Assembly (NCBI RefSeq): GCF_030028105.1 | Contig: NC_092379.1 | Coordinates: 91,313,006 to 91,377,005 of the forward strand | Length of the DNA stretch: 64,000 nt | Origin: Mobula birostris | Taxonomy: Eukaryota | Reading direction: 5' to 3' | Part shown: piece by piece, positions 51,101-64,000 of the stretch | How positions within the stretch are numbered: position 1 is the stretch's first letter | How the letters are laid out: each line of letters opens with the position of its first letter | The notes under the pieces: model-generated | Database searches by the model: none | Told to the model about the DNA's origin: nothing | What the model saw: the letters and a program-made list of their open reading frames with translations, nothing else | Made by a program: the position numbers and the translations under genes

Positions 51101-52419
51101 AAACTGTTGAATTCAATATTGAGTCATCAAGGTCTTAATTCGGAATCTCACTCCTACTCATATATCTGTCTTTGGCCTATTACACAATTTCAATGAGGCC
51201 TAACCCGTAAATTTGAGAAATACTGGCCACATTACAGCCCTTAAGACTTAGCTAAAACTGTTACTTCAATGTTACCACCCTTTCTAATTTGTGTCAGAGC
51301 AGCACACTTCTAATGAAAAGTCATCAAAAGTAGTTTTTCTTTGTTCATGGACTTCACACGACCTGCTGATTACTTCTAGTATTCCCTTTTTGATTTAAAT
51401 TTCTGCTTTCTGATTTTCTACTTGCATCTGCCCCAGCCAAATCAGTTGCTATTAAACTTTCATTTTCTTCCCTCTTGCTTTCCATGCTCCCAGAGGAATT
51501 CCAGCTATTTTCACCATCTCTACAACTTAGTAAAAGGTAGAAGTCAACCACAGCCAATATTTCGTCTCACACCCAGAATTAAGTAGATTGGTACACTAAT
51601 TGGTCACCATAAGTTTGCTCCTAATGTGTTGATGGGAATGTGAGGAGAACAAAATCTAAGAATGAGCAATCCATGGTCAGCAAGGACTTGGACGGTCCAT
51701 CCCACATTTCTATTAGATGGAAGATCTTAGACCTGGTAATGTTAACTGTTTCTATATCAACAGATGCTGCCTGACTAGCTTCTTATTTCTAACGCTTTAC
51801 AATTTGATTTCACGTTTTTGACATCTACGGTATTTTTGCCCAGAAAAGAATAACCATTTGTCTCGCCCATCCTGCACACCTTTTTACCACAAGAAGTTTG
51901 TGATTATGTCGATCTGGTATCCCTATATGAAAGCTGTATTTTATCCTGAAGATTAATGAAAAATAGTTCTCACAAGCATTGATATTTTTAAAATTACATA
52001 GTGACCTGAAAATCGAAGCACGCAGCATTTCACTTTGTGCCTAACCAGACATAAATACAATTTCATTTTCCTGACGCCAAATGTATTCGACTTTTAACAT
52101 TTATTTTTTCTCCCAACCTTACAGTCAATCCCTTTTAAATTCGCCACTCCAATCAGCAGTGAGTGCACGCATGATTCTCGTTAGATCTGTTCGTTATAGC
52201 CCACTACCTAATTCATTCCCTAATCACAAATTGGATAGTACTTTTCTCCAGTCGAACTCAATTTAACCCACATTAGTGGTTCTTACAAATTTAAATAACT
52301 TTACCTCTCAATTTATTGTAAGAAATACTACCTCTGTAAGATTAAGTAATCAATCAGTTGTGTGCTTGTCTCCAATTTAAATTAAGTGCACTGAATTACC
52401 CTGACATTCAGCCAAGTTT

Positions 52420-52990
52420 TACAAAGTCGTGATGTATCAAAGTGCCCGTGAGCAGCTGTTTCCAAGGATACCGAGGGGTGCGTAGGTGTTGCATTCCCAT
52501 TTCGTGTAGCTAGCTGGTGTGATTCCACTGACACAACTATCTGCTGGTAGGAAGGGTGGGGGCTGCACGCCGCAGAATTTCGGCAGGCTGGCTTTAATCC
52601 CGATATAAGGCGTGGTCGCCGTCGACAGTCCCCAGAGGAACTTTTTTTAAAAGCTTACGATTTGAGTCTGGAGGCGGGCTCGGGGTTAATTTTTTGTGTT
52701 TTTTTAAAGAAAAGGCGTCAGTGAGTCATTCCTACAGAAAAACTACAAGTTCCAGCACCCCTCACGGCAAGGCTGAGTGAGCAAACCAAACTTGATTAAC
52801 GACTGGACTCAATCTGTAATAGTGATTGGCGGATGGACCGGGACTGTTGTGTGTGTGGCTAAAATATCCGTCAATCAAGGAAGATAGGCGGGGTGCTGGT
52901 GCCAGCACTGTAAGTTGCACGGAGCTGTGGCTGTGGTGCGGGGTTTGCTCGGAACGCATTTAAAGACGTGACGTGTGAGGTACGTACTGT
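52420..52990. promoter_or_regulatory. CpG-rich promoter-like region with candidate plus-strand first exon
   Basis: CpG cluster; ACTACAAGTTCCAGCA (52742, ZNF143/THAP11-type); reverse CCAAT (~52825); GC boxes (~52674, ~52887); TGAGTCA (~52722); donor GAG|GTACGT at 52979/52980. Confidence 0.65.
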
Positions 52991-53819
52991 CTGTGTCTGG
53001 CCCTCTTTTGGTTTCATTAATTAAAGTCTAAGGGCTATTTTATTTATCTTTAAAGCTTGTAAACGATTCAGCTGAGGGTATTTCCAAGGTGTGTCCTTTA
53101 GATGATGATTATTTTGCTGCAGCATCACTCACTTGGTACCTTCTTCTTTCCGCCCTCACATTCCCGTTTCCATGGAAACCCTGTGTAATATTTAAGAGTG
53201 AAATGATTTATGCCTTCAGCAATCTAAATTTAATCAGCTGCTATTCCCTATACATAATTGTTGAAGTCTTAAACCTTTTAATAAGAAACCTTAAGTAGAG
53301 CAAACATTCACACTGTTGATCAGCCGTGAGTGTTCAGTTTTCATTTTCCGGGATTGTCATTGCATTTTTTCAGCTGCTTTTAGTGTAATTTCCCTTGCCA
53401 TGACATATTTAACTGAAGATTTTATTCCCCTTTTCACATTTCTGCAGTGTAGCTATGGTAGATTTGTGGGTGGTTCTGGAAGCTCTGATCGAATACGCTT
53501 TGGTATTATCTACAGTTCTGTATTACGGTGTGAATTAAGCTTTATTTTTATTCGTTTAAAAATGTAACAAATTCCAGCGTGCATAACTCCAGTAAAATGT
53601 ATGGAATTAATAACAACGTAATTTTATTTTCGAGGTCGTTGTGTTGCGATTCTCCCACTAGGTACCAAGTCTTAAGGCTTTCATTGAGTCTAGCTGCAGA
53701 GGTGGAGGTCGGATGTTAAGGGGAAGGAAGCAAGGTGTGCCAGGATTGAGGAGATGAGGAGGCCGTGGGGTAGAGAGATAGTAAGGTAGGATCTGAGAGA
53801 TTGGACATGTGGAGTGTAT

Positions 53820-54290
53820 GTGATCGGATGGAATCTGCAAGGAGTGCTGTGGCAGGAAGGCTGCATCCAATATCAAGGACCCCCACCGTCCAGGCCATGC
53901 TTCTTTCTCGCTGTTGCCATCAAGAAGAACGTACAGGACCCGCATCACCAGGGGTTCAGGAACAGTTATTACCCCTCAACCATAAGGCGCTTGAATCAAG
54001 AGTGGATCACTTCATTCACCCAGCATTGAACTGCTTCCACAGCCTATGGACTCACTTTCAAGGACTCTACAACTAATTTTCTCAATATTTATTGCTCATT
54101 ATTATCATTTTTTTCTTTTAGTATTTACACAATTTGTTGTCTTTTGCACACTGATTATTTGCCTTTGTTGCATGCAGTTTTTCATTGTTCTTTCCTGTTT
54201 TTATTTACTGTGAATGCCCATGAGAAATTAATTTCAAAGTATATAGTGACATATATGTACTTTGATCACAAATTTTACCTTGAACTTTGA
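53820..54290 (+). mobile_element. Rex1/Babar-like 3' fragment
   Basis: 'HHQGFRNSYYPSTIR'; 3' UTR matches the reverse complement of 16105-16450 and 57195-57550. Confidence 0.8.
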
Positions 54291-54777
54291 AGAGGAGCTT
54301 AAAGAACTTGAAAATGATTCTGTGTGGGAGGCATCCAAGTATTGAGGATCAGTGTGGAAACATTTTAAAAATCTGTTGCAGTTTTGTGTGTATTTCATTT
54401 TGGTGGGGTTAGGGTGATATTAGAGAAATTGAACACAGGATACTGACTGCATAGAAACAATAAGATTGGTCATTAAGTAGATAACTTGCATTCAAAAGAG
54501 GAAAGCAGTTTGGCTTAGTGATGGACTTGGATGAGTTCCGAAACTTGGCTCATGGTTGGAAAAGGCTTTAATAAATTTGTGATTTTTTTTTTTTTTTGTG
54601 TTCAGCTGGATAGATAGAGAAGAAAGATACTACTCCCATAACCTTCATAACTTAAGTAAGCAGGATGACTTAAATCAGAGCCTGAGAGGGAAATGATGGA
54701 AGAAAAGAATTTAAGATTGTACTGGCGATGTAGAAAAGTGAGAAAGGATCTAGCACTTTCCCAGTGTATATGATGAA

Positions 54778-54983
54778 TAAACTCTACTCAGGCTTCCAGC
54801 TGGGTACAGGTATCAATTTGAACCGATGTTTTGATGACAAACGCTGCCATTTTCACCAGGGATGATCCCTATGCTGCTGAACTACACATGCCTAGGCATC
54901 ATCTCTGAAGATGAAGGAATTTGTCATCAAAACGTAAGTTAAAATCGATACCCATACCCAGCTGGAAGCCTGAGAAAAGTTTA
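54778..54983. repeat. ~205-bp imperfect palindrome with degenerate hammerhead-like arms
   Basis: ctcaggcttccagctgggta..gttttgatgacaaa pairs with tttgtcatcaaaac..tacccagctggaagcctgag. Confidence 0.8.
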
Positions 54984-56479
54984 ATGTAGAAAAGTCTCCA
55001 ACTGATCTTGTGTAATTTTTGACAAAATTAGGATGTAATTAGGGAATGAGAATGGACCAAGGATAGGGTTAACAGCTATTGGTGATGTACAGAAGGAGGA
55101 ACTGATAGAAGAAAAATGCTGAGTAGGATGGAAGTTGAAAGCATTATCACAGCTTGTAGTTATTGACCATATGGAAATTCTAGGCACTGGTAAGCAGTAC
55201 TAGTATCACATGGAATATCTTTGACATTGCTGAAGGTGATCTTAGAAACCTGGAGATGCTGAAGTAGTGAGTGGTCTGAGACACACTTGGATTTTTTTTG
55301 CTGATCCTTGACCACGTTTTGAGAATATGTAGAGATAAATTGTAGTGTAGAAGAACAAAGGAATTTAGACCAGATTAATTGTAGAAGGAAGAAGATCAAA
55401 GCAATTATTATGGATAAGGAAGGAAGAAATAACTACAGGGCAAAAGAATAGATCAGTACTGTGAGAATCATCTCTAAGAGTATTTTTTGATATTAAGGAA
55501 TTGGGTTAGCTTAATGGTATACTCAGAAAGTGAGAGCTGTATTCTATGCATTAATCCGCACCTTCATGTTGGCCTCAGCTTTCTATGCTTTACCTATGAT
55601 TTCCTCTCCCACCTGCCCCCCTGCATCTAGATTCCCAGTTTTGATTTCCATGATTATAAAATTCAAGCTACACTAAATATTTTATTTACAGAAGAAATGG
55701 ATGAGTTTTCAACTCTCTTGGTTTTCCCGGTGACTAAAATTAGAAAAGCCATTGAAGGATGTTGTAGATTTTATTGGTGAGCTGACTTGTTACAGTTAGG
55801 AACAACCTAACCAGTCTTCTCTCTTCTTGTTATCCAGTGAATTATGTTGACATGATTCAGTGGCCAAAATATGATTGAATCTGGTCATAATGCTACTTTA
55901 ACCAATCTGAATCAAATTACCAGCTTAACTTTTCTTGAACACGCACTGGGTGAGCCACAGGTTAACTTATGAGGACTCTGACATTTCAGTGTGATTTTTC
56001 AATATTTAGAAAATGAGAAAACTACAGGAAGAACAATTGTTTAGATTCTTTGGGCCTGCCTTTATGGTTAAAAAAAGCAAGAATCCTATTGCTTTTCAGT
56101 GTCCTTTTGAAGTGTGTTCATTCTTATGCTGAATATTTAAAGTGTAAAGCTGGTTTTCATCTTATTATATTTTTTTTCCTGCATTCTATGGCGGTTTTCT
56201 TTTTCTCATGGACAATATTGTTTAGTGTCTCTTACTGATCCGCAGACCAGAGTCAAAAAGTTATCCATGTTATGAAAAGTTGACTTTGTCTTTGTTCAGT
56301 GGCATGTATTTATGGTTAGAATTCTACTCCTATAATAAGTCTAAAGGTCAGCTATTTGAAGAAACAGATATTCTGGATGTACTTTTCAAATTTAAATAGA
56401 CAGTATTTATTTATGGTGGAAAATAGTTTACTGTGATTAGTTCCCTATTTCTTCACTAAAGGGAAAAATACCTAATGAG

Positions 56480-56745
56480 TGATGTTGATAATCAGAGGAT
56501 ACTAGTGTAAGGTGAGGGAGGTGGGTACTTGAATATAATTTTTTCACACAGGAGATGGTTGGTATATGGAGCAAACTGCCCGAGGAAGTGGTAGAAATGG
56601 GTACAATTACAATATTGAAAAGACATTTCTAAAAGTACATGGATAGGAAAAGTTTAGAGGGATGTTGAGCTAACTCAGGTAGGCACTTTGGTTGGCATGG
56701 ACTAGATGGGCTGAAGGGCCTGTTTCTTTTCTACATAACTCTATA
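56480..56745 (+). mobile_element. CR1 LINE 3' end
   Basis: 'tttttcacacaggagatggttggtatatggagcaaactgcc..gatgggctgaagggcctgtttc'. Confidence 0.7.
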
Positions 56746-56994
56746 ATAGTTGGCAAAAGAAGTGGGGAAATTTGGCAGTCTTTTCAGTTCACCAGGTTGT
56801 CATGATCTACAGTACATTTCATGAAGGGGTGGTGGTAGCAAATATGGGATTCATTTACAAAATGGAATTGGATACATTGTTGGAAAACAAAAATTTGAAG
56901 GAGCAAATAATAAATAAGAGATTCTGCAGATGCTGGAAATCTTGAGCAGCGCACACAAAACAATAGAGGAACTCTGAAGGTGAGGCAGCATCTA

Positions 56995-57190
56995 CACTAC
57001 CTCACTTTTTAAAAAAAAATACAGTATTTCTGTTTTTGCATGTTTTTAAATTTATTCAATATATGTTATTTATTATGTTTTATTTATTATTATTTTTCTC
57101 TCTGCTAGATTACGTATTGCATTGTACTGCTGCTGCTAAGTTAACAAATTTCACGTCACATGCCGGTGATAAGCCTGATTCTGATTCTGA
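56995..57190 (+). mobile_element. Rex1/Babar-like 3' UTR with (ATTCTG)n tail
   Basis: Matches 46840-47010 and 15911-15992. Confidence 0.75.
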
Positions 57191-57191
57191 A

Positions 57192-59830
57192 AAGTTCAAA
57201 GTAAATTTATTATCGAAGTACATGTATGATACCATATGCAACCCTGAGATTCATTTTCTTGTGGGCATTCACAGTAAATACAAAGAGACACAATAAAATC
57301 AGTGAAAAAAAACACAAGCAGCAAGACAAAACAAACAACCAATGTGCAAAAGACAACAAACTGCAAATACAAAAAGAAAAATACATAATAAATAAAATAA
57401 GCAATGCATATCGAGAACATGAGAGGAAGAGTTCTTGAACGTGAGTCCATAGGCTCTGGGATTAGTTCAGTGCTGGGGTGAGTGAAGTTATCCCCCTCTG
57501 GTTCAAGAGCCTGATAGTTGAGGGGTAATAACAGTTCCTGAAGCTGGTGGCATGGGTCCTGAAGCTCCTGTACCTCCTTCCTGATGGCAGCAGTAAGAAG
57601 AGAGCATAGCTTGGATGGTGGGGATCCCTGATGATGGATATTGCTTTCCTGTAGCACCGCTCCATGTAGCTGTGCTCACTGGTGAGGAGGGTTTATCCAT
57701 GATGGACTGAGCTGTATCCATTACTTGTTTTTTGTATGATTTTCCATTCAAGGGCATTGGTGTTTTCATACTAAGCTGTGATGTCACCGGTCAATATACT
57801 CTCCACCGCACATTTATAGAAGTTTGTCAAAGTTTTAGATGACATGCTGAAACTACGTAAACTTCTCAGAAAATCAGGGTACTGCCATGCTTTCTTTGTA
57901 ATAGTATTTACGTGCTGGACCCAGGACTGATCCTCTGAAATGATAACACTGATGAATGTAAAGTTGTTGACCCTGTCTACCTCTGATCCCCCACTACGAA
58001 CTTGTTCATGGATCTTCTGTTTCAGTTACTCGGTCTTGCTGACATTGAGTGAGAGGTTGTTATGGTGGCACCACTCAGCCAGATTTTTAACCTCCATCTG
58101 AAATCCTGATTTGTCACTACTTTTGATTTGTCTAACGGCAGTAGTGTTGTCAGTAAACTTAAATATGTCATTGGAACTGTGCTTGGCTTCACAATCATAA
58201 ATATAAAGCACATAGAGCAAGGGGCTCGCACACAGCCTGGTGGTGTATCTGTGCTGATGGTGATTATAGAGAAAATGTTGTTGCCAGTAGCTGACTAGGG
58301 TTTACAAGTGTGGAAATCGAAGATGCAGTTGCACACAGATGTATTGAGGCTTGGATCTTGGAGCTTATTAATTAGTTTTGAGGGGATGATATTATTGAAT
58401 GCGGAGCTATAGTGAATGAAGATTATCCTGATGTAAGTCATTATCCAGAAGTTCCAGGGCTGAGAGCCAATGAAAAGGCATCAGCTGTTGACCTGTTGTG
58501 ACAGTAGGCAAACTGGCATCGATCCCAAGCACCTCTCAGGCTGGAGTTCATGTCTTTCATCACCAACCTCTCAAAGCACTTCATCAGAGTGGATGCAAGT
58601 ACTACTGGATGATGGTCATTGAGGCAGCTTACCACGTTCTTCTTGGGCAGAAGTATAACTGAAGCCTGCTTGAAGCAAGTGGGTACCTCAGACTGACAAA
58701 GCAAGAAATTAAAAATAGCAGTGAAAACACCAGCCAGTTGATCAGCACAAGACCGTAAGACATAGTACTTGGCCAGGTGCCCTGTCTGGGCTGGATGCTT
58801 TCCTTGGGTTCACCCTCCTGAAGAATGCTCTCACGTCGGCCTCAGAGATTGAAATCACAGGGTTGTCGGGGTCTGTGAGAGTTTGTGAAGGTGCTTCCAA
58901 ATTTTGACAGTCAAAGTGAGCACAAAAGACATTGCACTCCTCCGGGAGTGGAACTTTGTCACCTATGTTGACTGTTCCAGTTGGTGTTATTTTGTTGGAG
59001 GTAATAGCATTCAAACCCTCCCACAGCTGTTGAGCATCCTTCATTGATTTAAGTTTAGTTTGGAATTACCACTTCACATTTGAGATTGATTTCCGGAGGT
59101 CGTACCTGGACCTCTTGTATTTTATTTGGTCGCCAGACCTGAACACCATTCATCTGTACTTCAGCAGATTGCAGATCTCCTGGTTCATCCAAGGCCTCTG
59201 GTTAGGGAAGACTGAATGATTTTGTGGGGACACACTTGTCTTATGATTGTTTTTATAAAGTCTGTGACGACCATGGCCTGTGATGTATTCATTCAGATCC
59301 TCAGAGACCTTGAACACAGCCCCAAAGCAATCTTGTGGCAGCTTCTCTGCCTCACATGATCTCTTTGTTGTCCTTACCTCTGGAGCCTTGCTGTTTAGCC
59401 TCTGCCTGTATGCAGGAAGGAGGACAGCCAGATGATTAAATTTCGCGAAATGAGGTCTAGGGATCAAATGGTAGACATTCCTAATTTTAGTATAACATTG
59501 TTTGAGTATGTTGGGACACCTTGTGCTGCAGATGACATGTTGATGATACTTGGGCAGAGATTTCTTCAAACAAGCCTGGTTGAAGGCCCTGGCAGTGATT
59601 TGAAAGGTGTTGGGGTAGGCTGATTCTTGTTTGCTGATCATGGCACTCAGTACTTTGAGTGCCTGCTTAACATTGGCCTTTGGCAGTATGTAAACTGCAG
59701 TCAGGATCATGGAGGCGAATTCATATCTTGTTAAGTAGAATGGTCGGCACTTAATCATTTGATGTTCCAGTTCGGGGGAACTAAAGTGTGACAAGACAGC
59801 TACATCCGAGCACCATGAAGAGTACTTCAT
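57192..59830 (-). mobile_element. Rex1/Babar-like LINE, ~2.6 kb, decayed
   Basis: 'SPELEHQMIKCRPFYL..ILTAVYILP', 'VPTCFKQASVILLPKK', 'MKCFERLV', 'KFTDNTTAV', 'LLPSGRRYRS'. Confidence 0.9.
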
Positions 59831-59831
59831 C

Positions 59832-60062
59832 CTTCCTCCCCCACCCACCCGATTTTCCCCTCTCGCTTGGTCTCACCTGTCACCTGCCCACTCATACTCC
59901 TCCTTCTTTCCCACCTGGCTTCTGCCCTCTTCCTTTCCAGTCCTAATGAAGGGTCTCAGCCCAAAGCATTGGCTGTTTATTCCCCTCCAATAAATAACAG
60001 GGGAATATTTGCCTATTTCTGCTTGACTTGCTGAGTTTATCCAGTGTTTTGTATGTGTTGCT
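59832..60062 (+). mobile_element. Penelope-like terminal-repeat remnant with decayed hammerhead motif
   Basis: cagtcCTAATGAagggtctcagcccAAAGcattggctg at ~59938-59975, homologous to 27675-27710. Confidence 0.6.
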
Positions 60063-60199
60063 TGAGAAACTTGAAGGATTAGGCAATAAAATCAGATGAA
60101 TGATGAACAGAACCAATTAAATGTTTCTTCGGAACCTAACAGAATCAATTTTATCTTGTACATACAAAGGAAGAGGCCATTTTGGCCCATTGTATCCAT

Positions 60200-60480
60200 G
60201 TTGGCTCCTTGGGAGCAAGCCCATTAAACCATTTGCTTTTCACATATGTCCTTCTAACCCTACAAATTATTCCCTCTTACACATGCCCATCAATTTACAT
60301 TTAAAGCCATTTTTTTTGCCATTAACCTACAATAAAAGGTCATTTACAGGAGGCAGTTAACCTTGGGATGCAGGGGGAAACTGGAACACTTAGAGGAAAC
60401 CAATGCAGTCATGGAGTGCAAGCTCTGGGCGATTAAGTCTGTGTCCCTGGAGCTCTGAAGCAGCAGTAACTTCTGGGCCA
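60200..60480 (-). mobile_element. V-SINE-like remnant
   Basis: 'ggggaaactggaacacttagaggaaaccaatgcagtcatgg' resembles the V-SINE core in reverse orientation. Confidence 0.5.
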
Positions 60481-63400
60481 CTTCGAGGCCAAATGGTCTC
60501 TATTTGCATTCCATGGCTCTGTCTTTTTTTTTGATTCTATATCACATATGAATTATATTAAGGGTGGGTATTACTAATGAGGTAAATTAGCTGTGTTTGA
60601 GATCATTCCTTGAAAGTGGCTGATAGATGGCGCATTGGTGTTTAGGTGAAAATGTTGTTCACAGACTGGATGTGGAATGCTATGCACCCTAAAAAGATTA
60701 TCTTTGACTTGATGACTAAACACATCTACAAATTAGCCTTTACACATAAATGACAATTTATGCATTTAGAAGTGTATTCCTTTTAATTATAAACAGCTGG
60801 TATTCTTTAGTTTAAGAACAAACATCAGAAATATGCACTCTTGAAAAAGGATTTAATGGCATATCAAGCTGGAAGTGGAGTAGTCTTCTCCTGTACTATT
60901 TAATTTTGAACAACCACTATTTCAGTGTTATAGTATTACTAAATAATAGGTTAAAATTTATCTAGCATTAGTTTCCTTTTCCTATGTCTACAGCAATTTG
61001 TATGTCTCCCCCCACCCCATTATTCAAGATATTTCTGAGATTATGCACTTAATCTGCAAATTAGTAACTTTATTGATTAAGTTTAATCAAAATAATTTTG
61101 AATTTGCGTTATTTTCTTCAGTGTTTTAAATTCTGTTTTGAGAGAATGCTGCCCCTCAAATTTGGCAATAAACATATCTGCATAAGTAAATTAAGCTGCT
61201 ACAGATATTTAATAGCAAGCTCTGTACTTTTTGTTAAAGGTGACATTACACATCTGTTTGGAAGAAAAATTGAGTTAATTTTTATTTTTAAAAAGCTCTT
61301 GTCATTCCTGGACTATAGAACCACAAGATGAAAAAAGCATCCAGATCCAGAATAGATACTGGATGGTAATGGTGAAGGACAAAATAAAACCTTGCCCCTG
61401 CTGTTATTCAAAGTAATGGGTATGACTTGCATTTAAAAAAGAGATTGAAAATTTTTTTTTCCTTTAAGTTAGTCCACCTCTCATTGCCCACACCATTGCA
61501 GACTGTATTTGTGAACTCTGTTGGAGAATCTGATTCTTTTGTAGATTCTTTCTGACTCCTTTTGGAAGTTTTTGACCTGTGCTCTTTTTATTAACACAGC
61601 TGTGATCATAAGTTTGGTATATAAAAGATGTGGTGCAGCAAATAATTGCAAGGTCTCTAAAATAACAATTTGGTTTGATAGTACCTTTGTAAAGAATTGA
61701 GTAGACTCGGATTGAAGATGAGGAGATATTGGCATTATTCATCCACTTAGCAGGAATGGCCAATCCTTTTGTGAGATTGAGGTGTTTAATAGGCCAATTA
61801 CAATCTAACTTGTTTCTTAAAATTATTTGCGCTATTTCCTTATGCATCAGAAGTTGCAAGATGATGATTAAGAGCAGGATACACGGCTGAATTTTATATT
61901 GCTTCATAATAGTCAAAAGGAATAGTAGGAGAAATGGACCAAAAAGCCCCTCAGGCTTGGCCCCTCTTCAGTATTATTGTAGCTGATCTCTACTTTGCCA
62001 GGTCCCAATAACCTTTAATTCCAAGATCTTTTAAACTTTTATCGGGGTGGGGGGGGGACCCCCATGCAGTCTTCACAATACTCTTGGGTAGAGAATTTTA
62101 GGGATTCATCATTCTCTGCCAGAAATTGCTCCTGTGCCCCTCAGTTTCGAATCACTGGCCTCCAATCTCGTAAGTTTGTCTGGTCATTTGAGATTCTCCC
62201 ACATCTCAATATCTTCCCTGCCTTGCGCCTTAAGGATCTTCCATGTTTCAATAAGTTCACTCCTTGTTCATCTGAACTCCAAAGAACATTGATCTAATTT
62301 TTAAGCTTTATCTGACTATAATGATAAATTATAAATGGCAATGTATCCATTGCTGTACTTGTGTAGATAAGCTAAGTAAACCACATCAGAATTGTTAACA
62401 TCATCTTTAATAAAGTTCAACTATGCTCAAGTAATTAAACATGTAAATTTTCAGCCTGCATAGTATTGTGTTTAAGTGCTCATACCCTTACAGGGATCAC
62501 CCTCGGATGTTGATTTGCTACATGGCTCTTACATAAAACTTATGAAAATAGTGCTGTAAATAACAATAAATTCAGTAAATCAGTGTTAATAGGGGAGAAA
62601 AGGTAAACCTGATGGCCATTGCTCTGCGAGTTAAGTGGAAAAATTATCTCAAAGTAAAGCTTGAGTTCTGGCACACGCCATTTTGGAAAACCAGTTAGTC
62701 AGAGTACTGTGGGTTTGCTACTTGAGACTATTAATGGCATTTAAGTGCAAAGCAAACATCATGAGTTAAGAACTGAATCATCTGTTGGAAAAGTAGATTA
62801 AGATAAATGTTAATTTACTTTTATTGGAATATATTGTTTTTTCATATGGTGTGCATATTCTATGTTGTGGCTAAATATATTAATAATACAGAAGAGCAGG
62901 GCAGATATCCCATGTGTACTATGGTAAATGTCAATCTTTCTGCCAATGCAACTAAAAAGCAGACATTTGTGGACTTTATCTTTTACTTGTGCGAGAGATT
63001 TTGTTTTGATGGGTTATCTGTTGAATTTGATATTTAGATATTTGTAACTTTAATCATCTCAATATTTCTACAGTTTATGAATGTTCATGTGAGCTGAAAT
63101 GCAGTTCTTTCATGTTTATTGTGAAATAGATTGCGCAGATTCTAGTTTCAGTATATTTTACACTTACTGAATCTTTTAACAATCTTAATGCTTATGGTAT
63201 TCTTTCAGTTAATCTAGTTCTGGAGGTACTTGATGCTGAAGGAAAATTTGGGAATATTTTTGAGCTAGTTTATAATGTATGAAGTAAAATTATATCCACT
63301 TAAGTTTCTAACAGAGTTTTGGGATTTCAACTAATGCTTAAAAAGTGATAGGAACCATGAATTTTGGAAAAAGAGGGAGAAAATTGTCTTTCTTCTGAAA

Positions 63401-64000
63401 CTAGTGAAGTATATTAGATTATCACTTGATTATGTTTTTAATTAGACCAGAAACTGGATTTGAAGGATTTAAACAGTTATTTTTATGTTAAAAACAAAAT
63501 TCACAGCTATGACCATTATCTTTTGGCTTGGAATATAGAAGATAAAATTCACATCACAGCTGAACAGACTGTTGATTAAGTTCCATCTGTAATATTACAT
63601 TCAGTTCTGAGGAATGAAAGACTAATGCAAATGAAATCTGAGTGTAAGGGGTTGGAGCAAACAAACACTCTTGGATGTGTATGATTAATTAAGTTAAAAG
63701 ATGAGAAAGAAAAATACATTTTCTTTAATGCAGAATAAGGGAGCATTACCTTAAAACTGTAGATTGGTGCTTCCACAGTACTATCAGAATAGACCACTGC
63801 ACTTGAAGGTTAGTGTAAGTCTAGAATTCATTTTCCCTAAAAGTTAAAGGTCTCAGCTATTGAAAATTCAAAGCTGAACTTTTACTGGGTAACCGTATCA
63901 AGATTTTTAGAACCAACAAGGCTAGTGTGAGTGAAAATGGACAGCCACTATCTAATTTCTAAGAAAAGGTTAAGGATCTAAATGGCTTATAGCAGCTCCT

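Noticed and set aside
55692-55776. In-frame TGA as selenocysteine in the candidate exon
   Set aside because: No similarity to a selenoprotein family I know and no SECIS identified.

Overview
AT-rich, repeat-dense vertebrate DNA. The repeat mix (CR1, Rex1/Babar, Penelope-like, V-SINE-like) suggests a cartilaginous fish, probably a ray; this is inference. Two complete spliced genes can be built by hand from splice sites and reading frame: PIN4/parvulin-14 (minus strand, 4 coding exons, 18082->4737, 129 aa) and a catalytically intact group XIIA secreted phospholipase A2 (plus strand, 4 coding exons, 30336->42355, 186 aa). They are divergently oriented. A third CpG-rich promoter-like region at ~52.4-53.0 kb is followed by candidate exons with no recognisable ORF. 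Most remaining ORFs are decayed transposon fragments: CR1, Rex1/Babar, L2, L1, Gypsy integrase, Penelope-like, a full-length defective IR/DR Tc1 and a Tigger-like element. The most notable items are (i) a 743-bp Penelope-derived foldback insertion with a perfect 13-bp target-site duplication and a minimal hammerhead-ribozyme motif in each arm, plus a second hammerhead-like palindrome at 54.8 kb; (ii) a PLA2G12A-like gene beside PIN4, not its human neighbourhood; (iii) multilayer nested insertions. I found no convincing wholly new biological system. Repeat boundaries are approximate and family names come from motif recognition, not database searches.
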